Part shown: positions 34,312 to 43,156 of the stretch, one piece after another
Layout: the number at the start of each line of letters is the position of its first letter
Position numbering within the stretch: position 1 is the first letter of the stretch
Assembly: GCA_965248445.1 (NCBI GenBank)
Contig: CBDFJG010000003.1
Span: 1,395,069-1,459,068, forward strand
Length of the DNA: 64,000 nt
Direction of reading: 5' to 3'
Source of the DNA: Planctomycetota bacterium
Lineage (GTDB): Bacteria > Planctomycetota > JAJSAM01 > JAJVHW01
Notes under the pieces: generated by a model
Seen by the model: the letters and a program-made list of their open reading frames with translations, nothing else
What the model was told of the DNA's origin: nothing
Database searches by the model: none
Translations under genes and position numbers: made by a program

Positions 34312-35952
34312 GGCGGTCGTCCCACCCGTGTCTTTAGCGAGCCCCGCCATGAACTCCGTATCGGCATCCTTGCCGAGCGCGATCGTGTGGATCTGAATTC
34401 GGCGGGACTTGTTGAGGTCCACGATGGCCTTGCGGATCTGCTTGGTATCCGTCAGTTCGCCCACCGTGGGGCGGCCGTCGCTCAGGAGGATGACAGTGTC
34501 CACGGCGGCGTCACCCGAGGGATCGCTGCCACGCTTCTTGCCCCTCCCGACGTCTCCGAGGTCGAACGCGGCGACCAACGCGTCGTACGTTGCGGTGCCA
34601 CCCACGACCGGTGATTCGCGGATGAACTCGACGGCCTCGAGGCGTGTCTCCCGCGATGCGACGATCATCGTCCTGCGCCACATGCGCACGTCGCTCGAGT
34701 AGAAGACCATGTTGAACATCGCGCCGTCTTCGAGCGCGAGGACCGCGCGCTCGAGCTCGGCCTTGGCGAGTTCGGCGCGAGTGCGTTTCTTGCCCTTCTC
34801 ACCGACCTTCTCGTTCATCGAGCCGGAGACGTCGATGACGAACACGAGCCGCCGGCTGCGGGTGTCGACGCCGAAGAACCCCGTATCCGAGTCGCGCGGA
34901 TCCTTCTCGGCATCCACGTCAGTCGTGGCGGTCTCCGGGTCCACACCACCGTCGCCGCCCTCCGCCGTGGGGTCGTCCTCGTCCTTCTCGGGCTCCGGTT
35001 CCGGCGGCCCGGCGTACGCCTCGCGGTTGACGTTCCACCACGCCGACCAGCGCTCGGCGTTGAGGCCGTACTGCTCGCCCGTGAGCGTGGTGAGCGCGCG
35101 CGCGCAGTCGTCGATCAGCCGTCCGTCCTCCGCGCCCATCGCCGCCAACAGCGCGTCGATCGTGTCCTTGGACGGCGTCCGCTCGAGCGCTGCGACTGCC
35201 GCCACGCGCACCAGCCAGCGCGCGTCCCCCAGCCGTTCGCGCAGCACCGGCAGGACACGGGCGACGTCCCGCCCGCCGAGTCCGTCGAGCACCTCGACGA
35301 GCACCCGCGGGTCGGACTCCTTGACCGCGGCGGCGAGCAACATTTCGAGTGCCCACGCGGTCGGCACGCCGCCGACCAGGTCCCACTGGGGCGCTCGCAC
35401 GCCCCAGTCCTTGTCGACGAGCGGCCCCTTCTGCCACTCCTCGCGGACCGCAGTCTGATCCTCGGCGGAGAGACCCGCCACCAACGACCCGTGGGCCGTG
35501 AGCGCGCGGTCGAGGAGGTCGAGTTGCTCGTTCAATCGCCGCTGCGCCGTCTTGCGCTGGGCAGTCAGCTCGTCCAGCTCCATACGAATGGGCCAGCGGG
35601 GGTGCGTCTTCGGCTGCGGCTTCTTCTGCTTCTCGAACTGCTTGAGGTACTTCTGCAGCTTGTCGTCGTACGCCTCGCGGACCGGGCCGAGCTTCTTGTC
35701 GAGCTTGTCGGCCACGTCCTGCGCGTCGTCGATCCGGTCCCGCGTGACGTCCATGCACCAGAGCAGTGCGCCGAGTGCCTTGCGCTCCCCGGATACCGCG
35801 AGTTCCTCGATGACCTCCTCGCGCTCGGAGAGGTAGCTGCCCTTGCTGAACCGCTTCTTGTACGTCTTCAGGACGTCGCCGCCGGCCAGCGCGATCCCGG
35901 CCAGGACCAGGAGTCCGAGCACGACGGCGACGGCGCGGGAGCGGATCTGCAT
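34303..35952 (-). CDS. secreted/anchored protein with HEAT-like repeats and a C-terminal von Willebrand factor A domain
   Basis: N-terminal signal/anchor MQIRSRAVAVVLGLLVLAGIALAG. Central helical repeats (ARWLVRVAAVAALE...). VWA MIDAS start LVFVIDVSGSMN...DTVILLSDGRPT. Confidence 0.75.
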   Translation of the reverse strand: MQIRSRAVAVVLGLLVLAGIALAGGDVLKTYKKRFSKGSYLSEREEVIEELAVSGERKALGALLWCMDVTRDRIDDAQDVADKLDKKLGPVREAYDDKLQKYLKQFEKQKKPQPKTHPRWPIRMELDELTAQRKTAQRRLNEQLDLLDRALTAHGSLVAGLSAEDQTAVREEWQKGPLVDKDWGVRAPQWDLVGGVPTAWALEMLLAAAVKESDPRVLVEVLDGLGGRDVARVLPVLRERLGDARWLVRVAAVAALERTPSKDTIDALLAAMGAEDGRLIDDCARALTTLTGEQYGLNAERWSAWWNVNREAYAGPPEPEPEKDEDDPTAEGGDGGVDPETATTDVDAEKDPRDSDTGFFGVDTRSRRLVFVIDVSGSMNEKVGEKGKKRTRAELAKAELERAVLALEDGAMFNMVFYSSDVRMWRRTMIVASRETRLEAVEFIRESPVVGGTATYDALVAAFDLGDVGRGKKRGSDPSGDAAVDTVILLSDGRPTVGELTDTKQIRKAIVDLNKSRRIQIHTIALGKDADTEFMAGLAKDTGGTTAVK

Positions 35953-36048
35953 TCCCCGATGGTAGCGGCGAGGGGCGCCCGTCCCACACCCGGAGACCGC
36001 CGGAGACCGCCCGAGACCGCCCCGCCACGGCCGCCCGCTGCGTGCCCG

Positions 36049-37194
36049 CTACCCGGTCTCGTCCGGGTCGAGCAGGACCGGCACGGGCTCGTCCGAGGCG
36101 TAGACCTGGCTCTCGTCCGTCCCGTCCACCTCCCGGCGCAGCAGGAAGTAGAGGTCGGTCAGGCCGCCCACGGCGTACGAGATCATGAACCCGCGCACCA
36201 GCGACATCGCAAGAGCCGTCATCAGCCAGGCAACCCAGACGTTCAGCACGGCGCCGCCCTCGACGACGGAGGAGTCCGGCCACGAGAGCGTGCGCCCGGC
36301 AGCGAATCCCTCCTGCAACGCCACGGCTGCCGTGTCGTTCCACGAAGCGCCCAGCGTGAACGCCTGGAGCCACACGTAGTCGATGAACCAGTGACCCAGT
36401 TTCCAGATGATGCCGGAGACCACCGCGACGACACCCACTCCGGCAACGAACGTGACCGGCCGCGAGAAGGCGTAGGAGTACGTGCGCGAAACCGCGTCCA
36501 GCATGCCGTTGCGCTCCGTCGCGAGTGCCGCGTGCAGCAGCGGCACTCCGAAGATGCCGCCGAGTGCAATCACCATGACAACGAGACTCGCGAGGAGCGC
36601 CACCGGATGCGCCACGATCTGGAGGACGCCGCCTGCCCACGGCACCGCGGACAGCGCACCGCATGCCGCCGTCACGGCGACGAAGAACGCCGCAGCTCCG
36701 ACGATGAACAACGGCGCGAACAGGAATGCACGCAGGTTCTTGAAGACGAAGCCCAACGCGTCATCGGGACCGACGGTCTCGTCCCGCGCAATCCGCACGG
36801 CGTGGACGCGCGCGAGCGATCCGGAGACGATCGACCAGACGATCACGAGCAGCACGGTGATCAGCACGTACTGCCAGACGTGCAGTCCCTCGCCGACCTG
36901 CACCGCGGCGCCGGACATGGGATTGACGTCCGGATTCCCGAAGCCGAACTCCTGCAGGATCTGGCGCAGGAACGGCAGGTTCCCGAGCTGCTCGGTGAAC
37001 TCGGTCACAAAACGCTGCTGGAGCACGCTCGAGTCGGCGTGGCCGCGACCGCTGCCACCCAGGGCGGACGCGAGGCCCCGCCAGAGGACCATGAGAAGGA
37101 GGTAGCCGATCGTGCCCAGCGCCAGCCCGCTGAGGTCGAAGTCGACCCTCGGCAGCTGGAGCGCCGCGCGGCGACGCTGGCCCGGACCCTGCAT
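36049..37194 (-). CDS. hypothetical polytopic membrane protein
   Basis: 381-aa ORF with about 7-8 hydrophobic segments (LALGTIGYLLLMVLW, YVLITVLLVIVWSIV, LFAPLFIVGAAAFFVAV, VALLASLVVMVIALGGIF...). No known motif. Confidence 0.6.
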   Translation of the reverse strand: MQGPGQRRRAALQLPRVDFDLSGLALGTIGYLLLMVLWRGLASALGGSGRGHADSSVLQQRFVTEFTEQLGNLPFLRQILQEFGFGNPDVNPMSGAAVQVGEGLHVWQYVLITVLLVIVWSIVSGSLARVHAVRIARDETVGPDDALGFVFKNLRAFLFAPLFIVGAAAFFVAVTAACGALSAVPWAGGVLQIVAHPVALLASLVVMVIALGGIFGVPLLHAALATERNGMLDAVSRTYSYAFSRPVTFVAGVGVVAVVSGIIWKLGHWFIDYVWLQAFTLGASWNDTAAVALQEGFAAGRTLSWPDSSVVEGGAVLNVWVAWLMTALAMSLVRGFMISYAVGGLTDLYFLLRREVDGTDESQVYASDEPVPVLLDPDETG

Positions 37195-37352
37195 CTCCGT
37201 CTCCTCCCGGCTCGGCCTCCCGCGAGGCCAGCCGGGATGCTACCCCGGGGCCGTTCGGATCGACGCGGGAGACCGCCGGTCGGTCAGGGTCAAGTCCGGT
37301 CCGCCGCATCCCCGATGCGGATGTGGCAAGGCTCAGCGTGGAAGGACCGGAA

Positions 37353-37697
37353 ATGCGCGCGCACTCATCGCACGGAATCCGAGTCGAGGATCTCGACCTG
37401 GAGACCGCCGTGCTGACGCCTCAGAACGGGTTCCTGACGCACGCCTTCGCAGACCAGCTACGGGGGCAGTTCCGCGACATCATGGCCGCTCGGCTGGCTG
37501 ACGGGTTCCTGACGATCGTCGTGGATCTCCAGAACGTCACCGAGGTGGACTCTTCGGGCCTGGCGCTCCTCCTGGGGATCAGGAGGCGCGCGGAGGCCGG
37601 GAGCGCGATGTTCACGCTCCGGGGCCTCACGCCGCCGGTCAAGCGGATGATCCAGCTGACCAACTCCGGCCCTGCGCTCGGCCTCGACCAAGACTGA
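37353..37697 (+). CDS. STAS-domain protein (anti-sigma-factor antagonist-like)
   Basis: LTPQNGFLTHAFADQLRGQF...TIVVDLQNVTEVDSSGLALLLGIRRRAEAGSAMFTLRGLTPPVKRMIQLT: SpoIIAA-like pattern including DSSG. Confidence 0.75.
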   Translation: MRAHSSHGIRVEDLDLETAVLTPQNGFLTHAFADQLRGQFRDIMAARLADGFLTIVVDLQNVTEVDSSGLALLLGIRRRAEAGSAMFTLRGLTPPVKRMIQLTNSGPALGLDQD

Positions 37698-37812
37698 GCG
37701 TGGCCAGTCTCAGCGCCACCCCAAGGGGGGCTGTCTCTCTAGTCCAGGGTCAAGTCCAAGGCTGGCCGGTGCCGATGAGGCGGAGGAGCCCCATGCGGGG
37801 AGGTAAACACCC

Positions 37813-38199
37813 ATGAACGCTCACACAGCATTGCGAATGAAGGTCGAGGACGATCCCGACCGCTCGATCACGACCCTCACACCGAAGGACGCGTACCTCA
37901 ACTACGCGTTCGCCGACCAGTTGCGCGGCCCGGTGAAGGAGATCGTCTCCGAGCGTATGAAGGGCGGCGTTCGTCACATCGTCATGGACCTGCAGAACGT
38001 CGACGTGATGGACTCGTGCGGCCTCTCGGTTCTGATCGGACTCAAGAAGCTCGCCGAAGAGGGCCAGGCCACGTTCTCCGTGTGCGGGCTCGCTCCGATG
38101 GTGCGGCGCCTGTTCAAGCTCACCAAGCTCGAGCGCGTCTTCGACATGCACGAAGACGCCGAGACGGCCCGCGAGGCTGTCGCCTCCGCATCCGCCTAG
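37813..38199 (+). CDS. STAS-domain protein, tandem paralogue
   Basis: LTPKDAYLNYAFADQLRGPV...HIVMDLQNVDVMDSCGLSVLIGLKKLAEEGQATFSVCGLAPMVRRLFKLTKLERVF. Has DSCG in place of DSSG. Confidence 0.8.
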   Translation: MNAHTALRMKVEDDPDRSITTLTPKDAYLNYAFADQLRGPVKEIVSERMKGGVRHIVMDLQNVDVMDSCGLSVLIGLKKLAEEGQATFSVCGLAPMVRRLFKLTKLERVFDMHEDAETAREAVASASA

Positions 38200-38262
38200 T
38201 CGCTACCACGAACGACAACACGGCCCGGCGAGTGCTGACAGCACTCGCCGGGCCGCTTCGCG

Positions 38263-38922
38263 TCAGCGGGCGCCGCGGCCGTCAGGGGAGACGCGCATCT
38301 GCAGGCGCCGCTGAATGGCGTCGGCGAACCACGCGATGTCGTTGACGCGGCGCCGCAGTTCCCGGGCGCGCGGAACCGCGAAGCGCTCGGCAACCGCGGG
38401 CAACGTGCAATGGTCGTGGTCGTAGTCCAGGACCGTCACCAGGTCGCTCTTGTGCGGCACTTCATGCGCTTCGAGCAAGCCGTCGAACGGCTCGAGACTC
38501 GGTGACCACAGCGAAAGCAGCTTGTGGTCGTCGAGGAACACCTCGAGTGTGCTCGCGGGGTCGTACGCGCCGAACCCCACCATCCCGTCCTGGAGCAGTT
38601 GGAAGCTGTAGCGGCGGAAGACCGACAGCACGGTCTTCCGCTCGGTGAGCGGGCTCACGTAGCGATCGACCTCGGGCCCGTCCGGGTCGCGGTCGAACTC
38701 TGCGTCGCTACGCCGCACCTCGAGAACGGCATGCACCTGGCGCGGCAGGCAGGACATCGCCGCCGGGACGATCCGCGCGAGGCGGAGGACGCTGACCTGC
38801 GCCGTGAAGACGTAGTGAGGAGGCTCGTCCTGGCGCCACGCCAAGTCATAGCCCTCCTCGAGCGTCTTCTCCGGCGTCGCGAGGACGTCCAGGCCGATCG
38901 GTAGCACGAACTCTGCAGGCAC
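38263..38922 (-). CDS. hypothetical protein (219 aa)
   Basis: Clean ORF with balanced composition. No motif recognised. Confidence 0.55.
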   Translation of the reverse strand: MPAEFVLPIGLDVLATPEKTLEEGYDLAWRQDEPPHYVFTAQVSVLRLARIVPAAMSCLPRQVHAVLEVRRSDAEFDRDPDGPEVDRYVSPLTERKTVLSVFRRYSFQLLQDGMVGFGAYDPASTLEVFLDDHKLLSLWSPSLEPFDGLLEAHEVPHKSDLVTVLDYDHDHCTLPAVAERFAVPRARELRRRVNDIAWFADAIQRRLQMRVSPDGRGAR

Positions 38923-38979
38923 GCCGGAAGAGTACCCCTCCCCGGCCGCCCCACTGCTTCTGAAGGGGGGACACCTCGC

Positions 38980-39648
38980 TCAGAAAGGCGCGGCGCACTC
39001 CGCATCGTCGTTGCGGGGTGTGTTCACGCGGGTGCTCACAGTGAACGTCTCGAGCTCGGGATCGTGTCCCGGCGACAGCAGCGGAACCACGCGCGCCGCG
39101 TCCGTGACGTCCGGGTCCAGCCAGAGGCCGTGGTCCGCCGTCCGAAGGACGCAGGGCATGCGGTCGTGAATGTCCCGCAGCTGCGCATTCGCAGCCTTCG
39201 TGAGGATGGTGAACGTCTCGAGCAGCTCGTCCCCACGGCCCCATCGCTCCCACAGCCCTGCGAACCCGAACGGCACGGCGTCGCGCTGCTGTATCCGCGT
39301 TGGAACCTTGCCATCGGCGGTCCGCTGCCACTCGTAGAACCCGTCCGCGAGGACCAGACAGCGCCGGCGCTTCATCGCGTCTCGGAACGAGGGCTTCACG
39401 GACGCTGTCTCCGAACGCGCGTTGATCATGCGGTTGCCGATCTTCACGTCCTTGGCCCAGAACGGCACCAGCCCCCAGCGCAAGAGCGCGCCCTCCTGCT
39501 TCCCGCCGTCCTCCCCCACCCGCACCACGAGCGACTGCTGCGTCGGAGCGATGTTCCAGCGCGGCACGAGATCCGCCGGCAGATCCCCCAGCTCGAAGAG
39601 CTCGGCAATCACATCCCCCGGAGCCGCCAACGAGTACCGCCCACACAT
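38980..39648 (-). CDS. SOS-response-associated peptidase (SRAP/YedK, DUF159)
   Basis: Starts MCGRYSL (catalytic Cys2). Also WNIAPTQ, LLRWGLVPFWAKD, INARSET, RRCLVLADGFYEW, FAGLWERW. The ATG at 39648 was chosen. Confidence 0.9.
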   Translation of the reverse strand: MCGRYSLAAPGDVIAELFELGDLPADLVPRWNIAPTQQSLVVRVGEDGGKQEGALLRWGLVPFWAKDVKIGNRMINARSETASVKPSFRDAMKRRRCLVLADGFYEWQRTADGKVPTRIQQRDAVPFGFAGLWERWGRGDELLETFTILTKAANAQLRDIHDRMPCVLRTADHGLWLDPDVTDAARVVPLLSPGHDPELETFTVSTRVNTPRNDDAECAAPF

Positions 39649-39996
39649 GGGCAGGAGGGTACCGCGCACCGGCGCCACACCGACGTGGGCTCGCAAGTGG
39701 AGAGGCTAGACCCGGTCTCGGAGGCGCGGTCTCGGGAGCGCCTCGTACGGCCGACCGGCGGGCGAGGGCGGAACCCTGCCCCTACGGAACAAAGTCCGCC
39801 CCCACCGTCGGAGCGCAGCTCAGCACCGGCTGGAGATCGGCGCGCCGCAGAGCGCGCCTACGCGGAGCGCGGGCGAAGGCCCGCGGCGGAGCGGAGAACA
39901 AGAATCGGGAACAGGACTCCGTCCTGTCCTCACTCATCGTCCAGGGGAGGCGCGACGTGTGCGGCAGCACCCGTCGTGACCCCCATCGGAATCGAA

Positions 39997-40025
39997 GAAG
40001 GCGCCGGCCAAGGGCCGGCGCCTTC
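39997..40025 (-). terminator. 13-bp perfect hairpin downstream of the DUF11 gene
   Basis: GAAGGCGCCGGCC-aag-GGCCGGCGCCTTC, followed on the minus strand by TTCGATTCC. Confidence 0.5.
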
Positions 40026-40037
40026 GAGTTTCCGGGG

Positions 40038-40064
40038 TCCCGGCGGAGCAGAGCTCCGCCGGGA
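40038..40064 (-). terminator. 12-bp perfect hairpin immediately after the DUF11 gene stop
   Basis: TCCCGGCGGAGC-aga-GCTCCGCCGGGA, 14 nt from the stop at 40078. Confidence 0.5.
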
Positions 40065-40077
40065 CTGGAGATCTGGA

Positions 40078-42345
40078 TCAGTACTGGTGCGTCGACTCGG
40101 TCTCGGTGACCGGGCCAGCCGTGGTGCTGTCAGCGGTCAGGCTGACACCCAGACGCACGTCGCCCTCGGCCGTCGCCTTGACGACGACGCGATAGGTGGC
40201 GCGAGCCTTGGGCTGCAGCGGACCGAAGGGCGCGAACGTGACGACCTGGCCACTCACAGAGTGGCTGGTGCCGGCGTGGCCCTGGGCGCTGACGAACGAC
40301 TGTTGCGGAGGCAGCGTGACCACGATCACGACGTTGTTGTCCGGGGCGGTGCCCTGGTTCGTCACGTCGATCACGTACGTCTCTGTTCCACCGACCTCGA
40401 TGGGGTCATCCACATCGATGCACTCGAGCAAGATGGCGGGGAGGCCCTCGACCCGGACCTCTGCGTCCGCACTGACGTCCGGCGCACAGTATGCGCGCGC
40501 GCTCGCCGTGTTGCGGACAGTGCCCTGGGTGTTGGCCGTCGTGACCATGTTGACAGTGCGGGACTCACCGACGTTCAGCGTTCCGAGGTTCCAGACAACC
40601 TGGTTGCCCTGGAGCGAGCCACCGTTGTCGGCGCTCTTGAACGTGGTGTCTGCGGGGACCGAGTCGGAAAGGACGACATCCTTCGCCGCCACGTCGCCGT
40701 TGCTTGTGACCGTCATGGTCCAAGTGATCGGGCGTCCCAACTTCCAAACCTGACCGTTGCTGCTCTTGGTGATCGCGAGCGAAGGCTGCTTGACCGTCGT
40801 GGTGCAGCTGGCGTCCGCCGTGTTGGCGTTGGACGAGCTGACCGTGCAGGTGCGCGTGAACGTACCCGCGTTCGCGGCTGTGCAGTTCGCTTCGATCGAG
40901 CGGCTCTCGCCCGGCATAAGGGTGCCGATGAAGTGCTCGCCCGCAGGAGCGCAGTTGAGACCGGCCGGGTTCGTGCAACGAACCACCACGCCTTCGGCCG
41001 CGCCGTCACCGTTGTTGGTGACCGTGCAGCGCCAGACGATCGGGTCGCAGCGGATGACCTCGGACGGGCAGGTGCAAGTGATCGAGAGCTGCGGCGTGCG
41101 CTTCGGCTCGATCTGCGTCGTTGCCTGGCAGTCGTGCGTCAGTGCGCCGTTCTCTGCGGAGACAGTGGCGCGGTTGTTCGCGCTGCCGGCGCCGGTCGCG
41201 GTGACCGTGACGCTCATGCTGCGAGATCCGCCTGCCTCGAGGCTGCCGACGTTCCACGTGACGGTGTTGCCACCGCCGGAACCACCAGCCGAAGCCGACA
41301 CGAAGCTGACGTTGTTCGGCAGCGTGTCAGTCACCGTCACACCACGCGCGTCGATGTCCGACGGGTTGTTGATGGTGATGTTGTAGTCGAACGTGTCGCC
41401 GACCGTGACCATCGACGGTCCGGTCTTCGAGCAGTTGATCTCAGGCTTGACCCACGTCTTGCGGACGACGCCCGAGATGATGTGCTTCTCGGGGATGCAG
41501 CAGGCGGCGTTGGCCGGCTGGACGATCGAGATCTCGACGTCGTTCGTGCCGACCTGACCACTGCCGTTCAGCGTCGCGCTCGCGACACCCGACGAGTCGG
41601 TCATGACCATGACGGACTGACCGCCGCCCTGGAAGGACGCGGACGGCCCACCGATGATCTCGTAGTTGACGTGGTAACCGACGAGCGGCGTGCCGTCGCT
41701 GTAACGCATCACGCGAGTCGTGAACGTGTGAGGCGAGCCAATGCGGTTCGTGGCATCGACCGGCCACTCCCACGTGACGTCCATCCAGTTCTTCGTCGCG
41801 AACGCCTTGTGCTTGTCCCAGTTCGAGATGTTGGGCGCATAGGCGATGACGTTCGAGGTGCCCTCGGACGCCGACGTGATCACGGCCCAGGTCTGACCCG
41901 GTCCGATCTGGACGTCATCCGACGAATCGGCGTTGCCGCGGTCCAGCACGTAGCCGCTCGATGCGGTGCGCGACATGGCGTAGCCATTGTCGACCTTCTC
42001 ACCACCATCGACGTCGACGATCGCGCCGTCACCGGTCAGCATCCACTCGACCTTCTCGCCGGCCATCGGGTTGCCGTTCTGGTCGCGCACGGTCGCCACG
42101 AGGACGTGCTGTGTGCGAACAGGGTTGACGGCGACCTCGGGCGAGATCGTGATGCCGGGCGAACCGACGTAGACCACCGGCGGCGGCGCAGGAACCACGA
42201 CGACGACCGGGGGTTGAACAACAACAGGGGCCGGCGGCCTAGGCGACTTGGGCTTCGTGTAGCACGAAGTACAACCCGACAGGCCGATGGCGACTGTGGC
42301 GAGCCCTGTGGCAAGCGACAGCCTCACGAAACTTCCGCTCAGCAT
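40078..42345 (-). CDS. large surface lipoprotein with Big_1 (invasin/intimin-like Ig) domains and DUF11 repeats
   Basis: GAGGAG 6 nt upstream of the ATG. MLSGSFVRLSLATGLATVAIGLSGC lipobox, then a Pro-rich linker. Big_1-like VATVRDQNGNPMAGEKVEW. Repeated DUF11-type modules (F.Y.ITI.N.G...A..V.V.D.LP....FVSA.....G..V.W.LG.L..G.S....V). The track ORF extends upstream over the tRNA antisense. Confidence 0.8.
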   Translation of the reverse strand: MLSGSFVRLSLATGLATVAIGLSGCTSCYTKPKSPRPPAPVVVQPPVVVVVPAPPPVVYVGSPGITISPEVAVNPVRTQHVLVATVRDQNGNPMAGEKVEWMLTGDGAIVDVDGGEKVDNGYAMSRTASSGYVLDRGNADSSDDVQIGPGQTWAVITSASEGTSNVIAYAPNISNWDKHKAFATKNWMDVTWEWPVDATNRIGSPHTFTTRVMRYSDGTPLVGYHVNYEIIGGPSASFQGGGQSVMVMTDSSGVASATLNGSGQVGTNDVEISIVQPANAACCIPEKHIISGVVRKTWVKPEINCSKTGPSMVTVGDTFDYNITINNPSDIDARGVTVTDTLPNNVSFVSASAGGSGGGNTVTWNVGSLEAGGSRSMSVTVTATGAGSANNRATVSAENGALTHDCQATTQIEPKRTPQLSITCTCPSEVIRCDPIVWRCTVTNNGDGAAEGVVVRCTNPAGLNCAPAGEHFIGTLMPGESRSIEANCTAANAGTFTRTCTVSSSNANTADASCTTTVKQPSLAITKSSNGQVWKLGRPITWTMTVTSNGDVAAKDVVLSDSVPADTTFKSADNGGSLQGNQVVWNLGTLNVGESRTVNMVTTANTQGTVRNTASARAYCAPDVSADAEVRVEGLPAILLECIDVDDPIEVGGTETYVIDVTNQGTAPDNNVVIVVTLPPQQSFVSAQGHAGTSHSVSGQVVTFAPFGPLQPKARATYRVVVKATAEGDVRLGVSLTADSTTAGPVTETESTHQY

Positions 42346-42761
42346 TCCCATCTCCTCACTAAGACTTCCAGGCACCCGGAGTTGGCGCGAACTCATCATC
42401 CGCCAAATCGGAAAACGCCGTTCCCGGCCTAGCCCAACGCAGCGCAATCTAAGCAGTCCGCTGTGCGTGACAAGGGGAATTTCGGCCTCCCAGGAACCGA
42501 TCCCGGGAGCCCCGAAGCCGCCTCGACCGGATCGCCGCCGCCAAGAACGGCGGCAGCCTGGCCGAAGAGACCTCTGCGCTTTCCTCCGAATCCGACGCCC
42601 CCACTCGGGGCGCACCGACCCATTCCTATGGAACGGTCGGCCTTCCGCGTGCCCTCTAGTTGACTTCCAGGAGGCTGTGAGCACATCCCCCGTCGCCCCA
42701 CGCGACGGACGAAAAGATGTCCCCAAACACGCCTTCCCGGCAACAATCCGCGACCCACGGA

Positions 42762-42836
42762 GCGGGCGTAACTCAGCGGTAGAGTGGCAGCTTCCCAAGC
42801 TGCAGGTCGTGGGTTCGATTCCCATCGCCCGCTCCA
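42762..42836 (+). tRNA. tRNA-Gly (anticodon CCC)
   Basis: Folded by hand. Acceptor GCGGGCG/CGCCCGC, D arm ACTC-AGCGGTA-GAGT, anticodon arm GCAGC-TTCCCAA-GCTGC, 5-nt variable loop, T arm GTGGG-TTCGATT-CCCAT, discriminator T, encoded CCA. Confidence 0.95.
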
Positions 42837-42856
42837 CTCCGGCCTGAGCACCCCGC

Positions 42857-42878
42857 CCCCCGAACACGAGCTCGGGGG
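42857..42878 (+). terminator. hairpin after the tRNA
   Basis: CCCCCGA-acacgagc-TCGGGGG, 21 nt after the tRNA 3' end. Confidence 0.35.
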
Positions 42879-43156
42879 CCGTCTCAGTCTCGCGCACGCA
42901 CGGCCAGTCAAGTTCACTGCACCGTCCGTCCGCGATCTCGCGGCGCCGCAGGGGTCCCTCGTGCGTGTGACCGCACTGCCCGGGAAGGGCTCCTAGGAGC
43001 GACTTCCACCTCTTTGGCGCCTCGAAGACTACGACGCTATCCCGCCACTTCGTTCGCCATAGTTAAGAGCGAGCGAAGGTGTACGGAAAGCCCGAGCCTT
43101 CGCTTGAGCAAATGCACACGGCGTGCCGAGTCGTTCCCAGGCTCCCTCGGACGGGC

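Noticed and set aside
39782-39970. 62-aa minus-strand ORF ending at the repeated stop-plus-hairpin module
   Set aside because: It is Arg/Pro/Ala-rich, with no ribosome-binding site and no motif. The similarity to the 22730 locus is confined to the stop codon and hairpin, so the module rather than the ORF appears to be the conserved unit.
39064-42432. 1122-aa plus-strand ORF, the longest plus-strand ORF in the track
   Set aside because: It lies antisense to the SRAP and DUF11 genes. Its translation is Arg/Gly/Asp/Val-rich low-complexity sequence with no motifs, while the minus-strand frames give clean domain-bearing proteins. It is a typical shadow ORF of a high-GC genome.
42837-43156. Possible genomic-island or prophage junction downstream of tRNA-Gly
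   Set aside because: There is no integrase or phage gene, no repeat of the tRNA 3' end downstream, and moaA/nadA follow directly. Only a slightly AT-richer 320-bp spacer is present.
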